Assembly (NCBI GenBank): GCA_022822065.1
Contig: JAJECI010000007.1
Location: forward strand, 134,346-198,345
Direction: 5' to 3'
DNA: 64,000 nt
Source of the DNA: Candidatus Dadabacteria bacterium
Lineage (GTDB): Bacteria > Desulfobacterota_D > UBA1144 > Nemesobacterales > Nemesobacteraceae
Part shown: positions 29,247-37,951 of the stretch, piece by piece
Layout: each line of letters begins with the position of its first letter
Position numbering within the stretch: the first letter of the stretch is position 1
Made by a program: the position numbers and the translations under genes
The notes under the pieces: model-generated
What the model was told of the DNA's origin: nothing
Database searches by the model: none
Seen by the model: the letters and a program-made list of their open reading frames with translations, nothing else

Positions 29247-29612
29247 CTACTCTTCCACAAGATCGTAATATATCTCTACTTCCCTGGAATGGGCTTCCGG
29301 GGGAAGGTCATCGAAACTGGCCGTGAAGAAGAAGCTTTCCGCCGGATCAAGTCTTTCCCCTTCCTCGACAAGCGCGGAGGTCGCGGCAAGGGCATTCCCA
29401 TCCGAATCCTTTATGAATATAACGACGTAAACCGACTGCACAGGGAAATTCGCCGTATTCACCACGGCGCCGTTAAAATCCACACTTCCGTCAAAGTTCT
29501 CGGTCTGGAGAACCGGTCCGTCGAGCTCGACGGTGGATTCCTCCGCGACGCAGGACGCAAGAAGGAACCCCGCAAGGATAAGTGATAATGTGATCAGAAA
29601 GCTTTTCTTCAT
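29247..29612 (-). CDS. small lipoprotein (hypothetical)
   Basis: signal peptide with lipobox LLASC; 4-nt overlap with upstream gene. Confidence 0.55.
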   Translation of the reverse strand: MKKSFLITLSLILAGFLLASCVAEESTVELDGPVLQTENFDGSVDFNGAVVNTANFPVQSVYVVIFIKDSDGNALAATSALVEEGERLDPAESFFFTASFDDLPPEAHSREVEIYYDLVEE

Positions 29613-30370
29613 TGTTCCAGTTTAGTGCCGGCGTTTGAAATCGAAATTACGTTTGGCGTATCTGCGGTTTCCTCTTTCGCAGTTTTTTTATCTTCAGAGG
29701 TGTGATCCTCTATTATGTCTCCGAGCACCTTGTGCATCAGCTTGAGCGCGCTTATTGAATGCTCCTTTAAATAGCCCTCGCTAAAAGGTATTTCCTCCTT
29801 TTTCCTTCTGAGGAACAGATGAAGAATGAAAGCCTGGTTATTGAGCACCAACAAAATAGCTGCGTAAAGCAGGAAGTTGTCGGCGAAAACCTTTTTCATC
29901 AGTGTTTTCGTGTCGGAATCGATTTTAACTATGCCGAGCGGTCCATCGGCCTGGGGAGCGAGGAACGGAACGGAAACGGAAATTTTCCCGGCGTATTTTT
30001 CAACCGAATACCCCTCGGGTGGATAAGTGCTTTCCATAAAGTGCCCGGAAGCCAATTCGTTCTCAGGCTGTTTGGTGAAAGTGACGCTGAAAAACTTCGG
30101 CGAGACTCCGAAGGTGTTAAACAGCTTCTCCCTGCCCAGCCTTTCGTCAAGAAAAAGATAGAACTCGTCGCTCGTGGGTGCCTCCCCGTGATCCTGGTAG
30201 AAACTGGTTGCCTGGTCTCCTATCGTCTCTGCTATGGCTCTGGTCTTAGTGACAAAGTCTTTTTTGGCGTTGTCAAACTGAAAATAGAACACCAGCCCTA
30301 TAAGGGCTATGATGCCCAGCTCAACCATTGATATTTTGAACAGCAGTCCAAATTTTTGGTTCAGGCGCAT
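29609..30370 (-). CDS. two-TM membrane protein with ~130-aa periplasmic domain (hypothetical)
   Basis: TM helices at about residues 15-37 and 172-195; overlaps the XRE gene by 10 nt. Confidence 0.55.
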   Translation of the reverse strand: MRLNQKFGLLFKISMVELGIIALIGLVFYFQFDNAKKDFVTKTRAIAETIGDQATSFYQDHGEAPTSDEFYLFLDERLGREKLFNTFGVSPKFFSVTFTKQPENELASGHFMESTYPPEGYSVEKYAGKISVSVPFLAPQADGPLGIVKIDSDTKTLMKKVFADNFLLYAAILLVLNNQAFILHLFLRRKKEEIPFSEGYLKEHSISALKLMHKVLGDIIEDHTSEDKKTAKEETADTPNVISISNAGTKLEQ

Positions 30371-30774
30371 TTTACAAACTCTTCAAGTATTTTGCGTAGC
30401 TTTTTGTCCTGGGAATGTCGGAGAAGCATGAATACCATTCCGGCAAAATCCTTTTTTATTTCTCCGTCAAGGCTTCTGTAAAGCTTGACGAGCATCTTCT
30501 CCTCGTTTGTGAGAACCTCGAGTTCCTGTTCGGATATGGCCTCTTTTTCGATGAATCTTTTTAGTCTCTCCGCCCTTGAAACGCTCCAGACCTCTTCAAC
30601 CTTGACCCCCAAGATTGAAGATATCTGCTGGCAGCGGTCAAAGGAGGGCGCGTCAACCTTTCCGGTTTCAAGCTGATGTATGTACACGCTCGAAACCTCA
30701 AGAGATCGAGCGAGGTTCTCCTGGGTAATCTTCCTTCTCTTCCTTATCCTCTTTAGATAATCTCCAAACTTCAT
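30361..30774 (-). CDS. XRE-family HTH transcriptional regulator
   Basis: N-terminal ITQENLARSLEVSSVYIHQLETGK HTH. Confidence 0.75.
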   Translation of the reverse strand: MKFGDYLKRIRKRRKITQENLARSLEVSSVYIHQLETGKVDAPSFDRCQQISSILGVKVEEVWSVSRAERLKRFIEKEAISEQELEVLTNEEKMLVKLYRSLDGEIKKDFAGMVFMLLRHSQDKKLRKILEEFVKCA

Positions 30775-30974
30775 TCAAAACTCCTCCGAGAATAAAATAG
30801 TACTTCGTAGCTAATTCTAACCTAATGTGCATAACAAAACAATCTAGTCAGACGCATCTTAGGGCCACGGGTTAAAAACGGGAAGAAGCAGGGGGAGGAT
30901 ACTTCGGTCTACGGCCACTGCGATCCCTGGCTGCGCAACTTAGCCTTCAGCAAGTGCCGGGTCGGAACAAAGAG

Positions 30975-31430
30975 TCAGAACGATGCGCAGGTATCTATCA
31001 CTTGGCGCAGCACCGCCCCCCGGGCAAACCTTTGTTTGTATTCCTCAATAATTGTGTCTATCTTGGGAGCAGAATCAGCATCCGGCGGGACGAGAATTAT
31101 AAGTACCTTAGTGTGCTCTCTTATCAGATCTCCAGAAGCATCCGTGTACTGTCCCTTGGCATCCAGAACGGTAAGGCCGTCTGGAAACTCAGAAGTTACG
31201 GGACTTTCCAAGAATTCACTCCAAGCCTCGTCGCTAACGGCTTTGGGATTATTTCCGTCCCCACGCCCGAAAAAAAGCTTGTATTCGGTATAAGGCTCGG
31301 TGCCGGCCGGACACGGGTTTGTCCGGGCTTCAGAAGAACATGACAGGATGAAAGCGCAGGCCGCAAGAGCCACGACAGTGACTAGTGCGCCAACCGTTTG
31401 ATTAAAGGTCCTCAGCATAAACTCCCTCAC
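30975..31430 (-). CDS. lipoprotein (hypothetical, possibly DUF3574-like)
   Basis: signal peptide plus lipobox ILSCSS. Confidence 0.5.
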   Translation of the reverse strand: MREFMLRTFNQTVGALVTVVALAACAFILSCSSEARTNPCPAGTEPYTEYKLFFGRGDGNNPKAVSDEAWSEFLESPVTSEFPDGLTVLDAKGQYTDASGDLIREHTKVLIILVPPDADSAPKIDTIIEEYKQRFARGAVLRQVIDTCASF

Positions 31431-31487
31431 TTAAGCGGAGAGCCGTAAGAATTCCGTTCTCCCCGCGAGAACACTACGGAAATGGTG

Positions 31488-31560
<73 letters not shown>

Positions 31561-31636
31561 AGAAACAAACGGGCTTTAATTCTACCCGAAGAAAATATTT
31601 TGTTTCAAGAAACGAAACTTCTTCGTTCATAAACAA

Positions 31637-31657
31637 AGGGGCCCCGGCCCTTTTCTA
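31637..31657. terminator. GC-rich palindrome AAAGGGGCC/GGCCCTTTT; likely terminator downstream of the minus-strand porin gene
   Basis: perfect palindrome flanked by A/T runs. Confidence 0.45.
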
Positions 31658-31738
31658 AAGAACCGAAGCCCCTGAACACAGAAAAAAGAGGTATGGAGAG
31701 ATGGTTTTTTCTTCTGCGTTGTGTTTAGTTTCCTCTAC

Positions 31739-32833
31739 TTATACGTCAAGCCAGTAAAGAAGCTGTACGGCAAATCCGTGCTGATCCTCTTCGCCGGCGA
31801 AATAAGCGTCGTCGCCGTCCGCCTTGTCGTATCTGTACTCAAGCCTCGTCTCGAAATTCCCCACGGACTCGAAAGGAGTCAGTATAAAAGTCGAGGTGAA
31901 CTCGTAAAGCTCAAGGTCCGGCGTATCAACTCTTTCCGACTCATCAACGTACTCACCCCTGAGAGCGAGCGACATGGAGTCCGCAAGACTTACTATCGCG
32001 TAACCGGCGAAACCCCAGCGGTCTCCCCCCGCGTCATGCGACGTATACTCGAAATCGGCTATCAAGGTGACCTTCTCCATGAGGGTCATGGTACCAACGA
32101 CCGTGACAAGAGTCCTGGTATCGCCATCAGTGTCGCCGAAGTATCCTGTAACGCCGAGCCAGCCGTCGTTCGCGAAATTAAGCGCAATCTGCGATTCAAA
32201 CGTCTTGCCGTCGTCCACATCATCAACCGCGTCCCAGTCGTTGCTTAAACCGAGAGCAAAATCAAGTGATCCGGCACTGAAGGTGGCCCGAACGCCGCTG
32301 TGCGCAAACGGAATCCTGTAAAAAAGCAGGGATCTCGTTATGTTGGTGTTGTCCTTGGCCTCTATAAGTTCCCAGCCCGCAAGCGTGGTGAACTGACCGG
32401 CGTAGATGTTAAGACCGCCGGCGCCCGATGGAACAAGCACGTTTATGTAAGCCTGATAAGGACTTACCGCGCCGTCGCCGTCGCTGTTAAAACCGAAGCC
32501 GAGACGTTCAGCCTGCTCGCCGAAAAGAACATCGGCCCTGAAACCCACCAAGTCCATTACTCCATCGCCGACGGTTGGAACCTTTTCAAGCGAAAGGGTA
32601 AAGGCGTCTATCGAGAAATCGTTGTGTTCGGGATAAAGACCCCTTTCAGCGATACCCTCTCCGACTTCCCCGTTCGAAACATACTGATAAGTCGTGTCAA
32701 GGGAAAAGCCGAGTCCAATTGACTCGAGATTTCCGAGATCGAGGGCGTTTGCCCTCGGGGCCCCGAACTGGGTCCCGAGCAGCAAAGCCGCCGCGATCAT
32801 CATCAATGAAATTTTAGAAACTACACTTCTCAT
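31739..32833 (-). CDS. outer-membrane beta-barrel porin-like protein
   Basis: cleavable signal peptide (ALA-LD), alternating amphipathic beta-strand pattern, C-terminal aromatic. Confidence 0.6.
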   Translation of the reverse strand: MRSVVSKISLMMIAAALLLGTQFGAPRANALDLGNLESIGLGFSLDTTYQYVSNGEVGEGIAERGLYPEHNDFSIDAFTLSLEKVPTVGDGVMDLVGFRADVLFGEQAERLGFGFNSDGDGAVSPYQAYINVLVPSGAGGLNIYAGQFTTLAGWELIEAKDNTNITRSLLFYRIPFAHSGVRATFSAGSLDFALGLSNDWDAVDDVDDGKTFESQIALNFANDGWLGVTGYFGDTDGDTRTLVTVVGTMTLMEKVTLIADFEYTSHDAGGDRWGFAGYAIVSLADSMSLALRGEYVDESERVDTPDLELYEFTSTFILTPFESVGNFETRLEYRYDKADGDDAYFAGEEDQHGFAVQLLYWLDV

Positions 32834-32890
32834 TTTTTCTCCTCCTATAGAGTTGTTTTTCTCTACTTTTTTCCTTGTTTTGATACTTAA

Positions 32891-34243
32891 TTAACCCTGC
32901 GTTACGCCCTGGAAATCCGGATAGGACTCCATTCCGTGCTCGGTTATGTCGAGTCCTCTTCTCTCCTCTTCCTCGCTCACCCTTATACCCATAACCATCT
33001 TGATGGCGTAGAAGATGATGAAAGCGCAGACAACCGTGAAGGCACCGTATGCCAGAACTCCGATAAGCTGAACCATAAAGCTGAAATCGGGCCCTCCGAA
33101 GATTCCCACGGCAAGTGTTCCCCAGATGCCGCAGACGAGGTGAACTGAAATCGCACCCACCGGATCATCTATCCTTATCTTGTCGAAGAAACTGACCGCG
33201 AAAACCACTATTATTCCGGCCACAAGTCCTATGATGACCGCCTCTCCGGGAGAGACCACGTCGGCTCCCGCCGTGATTCCAACAAGACCCGCAAGCACAC
33301 CGTTTAGGGCCATGGAAAGATCAGGGTACTTAAAAGTCCCCCACGAAGTGAAAGCCGCTCCCAAAGCACCGGCCGCAGCCGCAAGCGAAGTCGTCACTAT
33401 GACAAGCGAAATAAGTTCTGGATCCGCGCTCAGAACCGAACCGCCGTTAAAACCGAACCATCCCATCCAGAGCAGGAACACGCCGATGGCAAGAAGAGGC
33501 AGCGAGTGGCCAGGAATCGGCCTCATGGCTCCCGAGGAAAGATATTTCCCTAGGCGTGGGCCGAGAAGATAGGCCCCGACAAGTCCTCCCCATCCGCCGA
33601 CGCTGTGAACGAGCGTGGAACCGGCGAAATCGTAAAAACCCATCTGATCAAGCCATCCTCCGCCCCACTTCCAAGATCCGGCTATGGGATACACGATTGC
33701 GACGAATATTGTCGCGAAGATGAGAAAGCTTGAAAGCTTTATACGCTCGGCAACAGCTCCGGAGACAATCGTGGCCGCCGTTGCGGCAAACATTGCCTGG
33801 AATATGAAATCTGTGTAGTAGGTGTAGCCACCGTCTGCATACTCTATGAGCCCCTCAGCCCCGGCAGGCGCCGAGATGCCAAAGCCCGCGAACCCGAAGA
33901 TACCACCACCTATAATACCAAAATCCCCCGGGTACATAAGGTTAAAACCCATAAGCGCGTAAGTGAGGATACCCGCCGAGATGATGAACGTGTTTTTAAA
34001 CAGTATGTTTACCGTGTTCTTCGATCTGGTAAGTCCGGTCTCAAGAGCGGCAAATCCGAGATGCATTATAAAGACAAGAAAAGTCGCAAGCAGCATCCAC
34101 ACGTTGTTCGCCACGAAAACGGAATGCGCTGAACCTTCCGACGCAAAAGCTGAATAGCCCCCCAGAACAACAAAAGCAAAAACCGAAAGAAACAGCACGC
34201 GGCTGCATCCGAAGGGTTTTCTTAAAAAATCTGCGATATTCAT
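32891..34243 (-). CDS. amt: ammonium transporter (Amt family); start probably the second ATG (MNIADF) preceded by GGAGGAG
   Basis: 11-TM Amt pattern with conserved D...FGF/His motifs. Confidence 0.85.
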   Translation of the reverse strand: MNIADFLRKPFGCSRVLFLSVFAFVVLGGYSAFASEGSAHSVFVANNVWMLLATFLVFIMHLGFAALETGLTRSKNTVNILFKNTFIISAGILTYALMGFNLMYPGDFGIIGGGIFGFAGFGISAPAGAEGLIEYADGGYTYYTDFIFQAMFAATAATIVSGAVAERIKLSSFLIFATIFVAIVYPIAGSWKWGGGWLDQMGFYDFAGSTLVHSVGGWGGLVGAYLLGPRLGKYLSSGAMRPIPGHSLPLLAIGVFLLWMGWFGFNGGSVLSADPELISLVIVTTSLAAAAGALGAAFTSWGTFKYPDLSMALNGVLAGLVGITAGADVVSPGEAVIIGLVAGIIVVFAVSFFDKIRIDDPVGAISVHLVCGIWGTLAVGIFGGPDFSFMVQLIGVLAYGAFTVVCAFIIFYAIKMVMGIRVSEEEERRGLDITEHGMESYPDFQGVTQG

Positions 34244-34287
34244 AACCAACTCCTCCATGTTTGGACAATTTTCTTCTCAATACCTTT

Positions 34288-34303
34288 TGCAATTAAGGGG
34301 CCA
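34288..34303 (-). promoter_or_regulatory. sigma54 (-24/-12) promoter TGGCCC-N5-TTGCA upstream of amt
   Basis: minus strand reads TGGCCCCTTAATTGCA, one mismatch to TGGCAC-N5-TTGCA; about 45 nt before the amt start. Confidence 0.55.
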
Positions 34304-34412
34304 CAAGACCAAGAGACAGGGAGTATTCGCTCTAACCCTTTGAAATAATTAGAAAAAAATAAACTCCCAACGGTCCGGGATTTTCAAGTAGACTTAGAGC
34401 CTGCAAACCATG

Positions 34413-34428
34413 CCTAAAAAATGTGCAC
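34413..34428. promoter_or_regulatory. palindrome GTGCAC-GGT-GTGCAC (NtrC-like TGCACC half-sites), candidate enhancer for the amt sigma54 promoter
   Basis: about 125 nt upstream of the -24/-12 element. Confidence 0.4.
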
Positions 34429-34522
34429 GGTGTGCACCGAAAAAAACTGTTTAGAACAAAAATCGTATGCGGGCACGGGAAATGAAAACTGAAGCAATCA
34501 GTTCCTTTGGAAACACGGAAAA

Positions 34523-35476
34523 ATGAGAATCCTATTCGCCGGAACACCAGAATTCGCCGTACCATCGCTCGTGGCGCTCTGCGACTCCCCCCATGAGATA
34601 ATCGGTCTTCTCTCAAGACCGGACAGGCCAAGGGGAAGAAGCAAAAAACTCGTATGGCCGGAGACAAAAAGAGTCGCCATGGAGCGCGGAGTGCCCGTCT
34701 TTCAGCCCCAGGACTTGAAAACACCTGAGTTCGAAGAGACGCTGAAGACTCTTTCTCCCGATATGATAGCGGTCGCGGCTTACGGAAAGATATTCCCCGC
34801 CGCCGTGCTTGACGCGCCCCCTTTCGGTTGCGTAAACGTTCACGCATCGCTGCTTCCCCGCTACAGGGGAGCGGCGCCCATTAACTGGGCCATAGCAAAC
34901 GGAGAGAAAAAAACGGGAGTTACGATCATGCAGGTGGAAGAGGAAATGGACACAGGAGACATCCTCTCCCAAAGAGAGGTACAGATAGGGGATGAGGAAA
35001 CCGCCGGAGAACTTTCAAAAAGACTCTCGCTTGAAGGAGCACAACTTCTTTTGGAAACGATCGACCGCATCGCAAAAAATGACATATCTCCCGTAAAGCA
35101 GGATCCGGCCGCGGCCACCTACGCGCCTCTTCTCTCGAGAAAAGACGGCCGGGTGGACTGGAACCGGAACGCGGATGAGATAAAAAACCTGGTAAGGGCG
35201 ATGATTCCGTGGCCGTGCGCCCACACCACGCTCGGAGGGAAAAACCTTAAGATATTAAGGGCGCTTTCCGGCCTGGGGCAGGGAAGACCTGGAGAAATAG
35301 TATCGCTCGGGGGAGAAAGCCTGGACGTCGCAACGGGCGATGGAGTCTTGCAGATACTCTCCCTTCAGATAGAAGGCGGGAGAAAAATGGACGTTCCTGA
35401 ATTCAAGCGCGGCAGAAAAGATCTTCGGGAAGGACAGTTCATGGGAACGCCCGGCAGCTCCCTATATCCTGATTGA
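34523..35476 (+). CDS. fmt: methionyl-tRNA formyltransferase
   Basis: MRILFAGTPEFAVPSL..., HASLLPRYRG motif. Confidence 0.9.
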   Translation: MRILFAGTPEFAVPSLVALCDSPHEIIGLLSRPDRPRGRSKKLVWPETKRVAMERGVPVFQPQDLKTPEFEETLKTLSPDMIAVAAYGKIFPAAVLDAPPFGCVNVHASLLPRYRGAAPINWAIANGEKKTGVTIMQVEEEMDTGDILSQREVQIGDEETAGELSKRLSLEGAQLLLETIDRIAKNDISPVKQDPAAATYAPLLSRKDGRVDWNRNADEIKNLVRAMIPWPCAHTTLGGKNLKILRALSGLGQGRPGEIVSLGGESLDVATGDGVLQILSLQIEGGRKMDVPEFKRGRKDLREGQFMGTPGSSLYPD

Positions 35477-35830
35477 GACCTCGAAAGTTCCTATTTTCAC
35501 TTTGCCGGCAAGCCCGCATTTCCAGCAAAGATCTGTAGCGTGAGTCTTTGACTTTGCAGGAACAAGCAGAATAAGCTGGACCGAAAGCTCCGAGAGCGCT
35601 TTCCAGTACTCGCTTCTTTTCTCGTCGATAGTGGCTTCGGTCTCAACCTCGATAATCTGCACGACCTGCCCGTAGGAACCGAGAATTACGTCGGGGAAAA
35701 AACCCTCGAACTCGCAGAGTTGCTCTTCGCCGGGATTGGTGCGTATCTCATTATAAAGCGAGGAGTACTTGTGCTCCACCTGCGTTATTACCCAGTCATG
35801 AATCAATTTCTCCTCACTCGGAATTTTCAT
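35462..35830 (-). CDS. hypothetical protein (122 aa), last gene of the prfB-nadK operon
   Basis: 17-nt overlap with the nadK stop. Confidence 0.45.
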   Translation of the reverse strand: MKIPSEEKLIHDWVITQVEHKYSSLYNEIRTNPGEEQLCEFEGFFPDVILGSYGQVVQIIEVETEATIDEKRSEYWKALSELSVQLILLVPAKSKTHATDLCWKCGLAGKVKIGTFEVSIRI

Positions 35831-36680
35831 ATCTCCCGCTCCACATAAGCTTTGTCTTCAGAATGTTGAAATAATCCCTGAAAGGAGACTTTATGATATT
35901 CACGTAACTCTCCGAACCTTCAAGAACAACTTCGTCGCCGAGATAAAGAGGTACTCCCACCTGACCGTCAAGCGTGAGGTAGGTGTTCTGTATGTCGGTA
36001 AGCACCCTCGTCCTTATCTTCTTCGTGTTGGGCACCACGATAGGCCTGTTGGTGAGAATGTGCGGGCATATTGGAGTAACGGTTATCACGGGCAGCGTCG
36101 GAAAAATTATGGGCCCGCCCGCTGAAAGAGAATAGGCGGTTGAGCCGGTAGGGGTCGCGAAGATGATTCCGTCAGCCTTAAAGGTCGTAACGTATCTTTC
36201 GTTTATATATATGGAGAGATCCACAACCTTGGAGATTGGGCCGTTGTTTATTACGATGTCGTTCAGCACCGTGAACTCTTCCTGCTCCCCGTCCTTTCTG
36301 ACTACATGGCACGATATCATGTCCCTTTTCTCTATCTCGTAGTCTCCGGCGAGTACTCTTTCCATCATCGGAAAAAACTCATCCACGGTAAATTCCGTGA
36401 GAAACCCGAGTCCGCCGAGGTTGCAGCCCAGGATTGAAACGTCTTGCCCCTGCGCTATTCGTGAAACCCAGATAAAGGAACCGTCGCCGCCGAACACGAC
36501 TATTATGTCAACGGCCGCAGCCAAGTCTGGCTCCGCAAGCAGGTTTTCCGCATCTATGCTCCGCCCAAGCCTCTCTTCGACGAAAAACTCTATGTCTCTT
36601 TCGCGAAGCCACTCGCACAGTCGCCTGGCAATCTCGTAGACTTCAGCGCTATCCTTCTTACCCGTTATACCAAACTTCAA
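35814..36680 (-). CDS. nadK: NAD kinase
   Basis: GGDGS motif. Confidence 0.85.
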   Translation of the reverse strand: MKFGITGKKDSAEVYEIARRLCEWLRERDIEFFVEERLGRSIDAENLLAEPDLAAAVDIIVVFGGDGSFIWVSRIAQGQDVSILGCNLGGLGFLTEFTVDEFFPMMERVLAGDYEIEKRDMISCHVVRKDGEQEEFTVLNDIVINNGPISKVVDLSIYINERYVTTFKADGIIFATPTGSTAYSLSAGGPIIFPTLPVITVTPICPHILTNRPIVVPNTKKIRTRVLTDIQNTYLTLDGQVGVPLYLGDEVVLEGSESYVNIIKSPFRDYFNILKTKLMWSGRYENSE

Positions 36681-37799
36681 GTTGCTTCCTCCTCTGGATT
36701 TCCAGTCGCGTTATGCAGAAGATACGATTCTATAAAATCGTCTATCTCCCCGTCAAGTATCGCATCCACTCCCGAGGACTCGAAATCGGTGCGGTGATCC
36801 TTCACCATGCGATAGGGATGCATGACATAAGATCTTATCTGGCTTCCCCAGCCGATTTCCTTTTTCGAGGAGTTGAGTTCCTCTTCTTTTTGTTTTTCCT
36901 CCATCCTGCGCAGTTCGTAGAGCCTCGCCTTGAGTATCTTCATGGCGCTTTCCTTGTTCTGGCGCTGCGACCTCTCGTTCTGGCAGCTGACCGCGACTCC
37001 GGTGGGCAGATGGGTGATGCGGACTGCGGAATCCGTCTTGTTAACATGCTGTCCGCCCTTTCCGCTCGCGCGGTAAGTATCTATCCTGAGATCTTTTTCC
37101 TCTATGTTTACCTCTATTGAATCATCTATCTCGGGAGAAACGAAAACTGAGGCGAACGACGTGTGCCTCCTTTTATTCGAGTCAAACGGGGATATCCTCA
37201 CCAGCCTGTGAACCCCGGTCTCCGCCTTGAGATAACCGAAGGCGAACTCCCCCTGGGCAAGAATAGTGGCGCTCTTTATACCGGCTTCCTCTCCGTCCTG
37301 AGTCTCAAGCAGTTTCGCGGAAAATCCCTTCCTCTCAACATACCGAAGGTACATGCGAAGAAGCATCTCGGCCCAGTCCTGAGCCTCCGTCCCTCCTGCC
37401 CCGGCGTTTACTGATACGATGGCGTTTCGCCCATCGTCAGGACCGCCTAGAATCCGTGCAAACTCAAGTTCGGAAAGCCTTACGTCAACAGACGCAAGCA
37501 TTCGGTGCGACTCTTCGATCGAATCCTGGTCGTCTTCACCGAGCGCAAGTTCGAAAAGGCACGCCGCGTCCTCCATGTCGGAGCGGAGCTTATTGAATCC
37601 CGAAATACGATCCTTGATTTCGGACTGCTCCTGAAGCGTTTTGCGCGCTAGTTCGGAGTTATCCCAAAAGCCGGGACCCGCCGTAATTTCTTCAAGTTCT
37701 CTGAGTCTTTCAGTCTTGGCAGGCAGGTCAAAGACAGTCTCCTGTCCTGTCGATTCTGCTTCTCAGATCCTCTATTAAACCGCGCAGTTCTTCTTTCAT
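36677..37799 (-). CDS. prfB: peptide chain release factor 2, expressed via programmed +1 ribosomal frameshift (frame 0 ATG 37799 ... CTT TGA, shift site 37727-37733, then the frame of ORF 36677..37576)
   Basis: Minus-strand mRNA reads AAGGAGGTGTCTCAG ATG AAA GAA ... GAC TGT CTT TGA C. After the +1 shift it reads LDLPAKTERLRELEEITAGPGFWDNSELARKTLQEQSEIKDRISGFNKLRSDMEDAAC, joining the annotated 299-aa ORF. SPF and GGQ motifs present. Confidence 0.85.
37727..37733 (-). other. prfB +1 frameshift site CTT-TGA-C with upstream SD-like GGAG
   Basis: classical autoregulatory RF2 recoding site. Confidence 0.8.
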
Positions 37800-37951
37800 C
37801 TGAGACACCTCCTTAAAACGCACGAAACATAGTACGCAAATAACCGGTGAATTCAAAAAAACTGCGCATAGATCAATTGAAACGCCGCAGGTTTGTGGGT
37901 ATTTTATCCGCTTTGATTCAATCCCCTAATTAATTTGAGGAGAAACACCAA

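Noticed and set aside
25762-31487. tRNA-Ser to tRNA-Phe interval as an integrated genomic island
   Set aside because: No integrase, no direct repeat of the tRNA-Phe 3' end found by eye, GC not obviously atypical. It contains core rnr. Kept only as context for the PilM-like operon.
31721-32722. Plus-strand ORFs (175 aa, 84 aa, 140 aa) inside the porin gene
   Set aside because: Antisense to a minus-strand ORF with a convincing signal peptide and beta-barrel pattern.
36677-37576. Annotating prfB as the 299-aa ORF only, or as a pseudogene
   Set aside because: Upstream frame-0 ORF ending in CTT TGA C and perfect continuity after a +1 shift show this is programmed frameshifting, not truncation.
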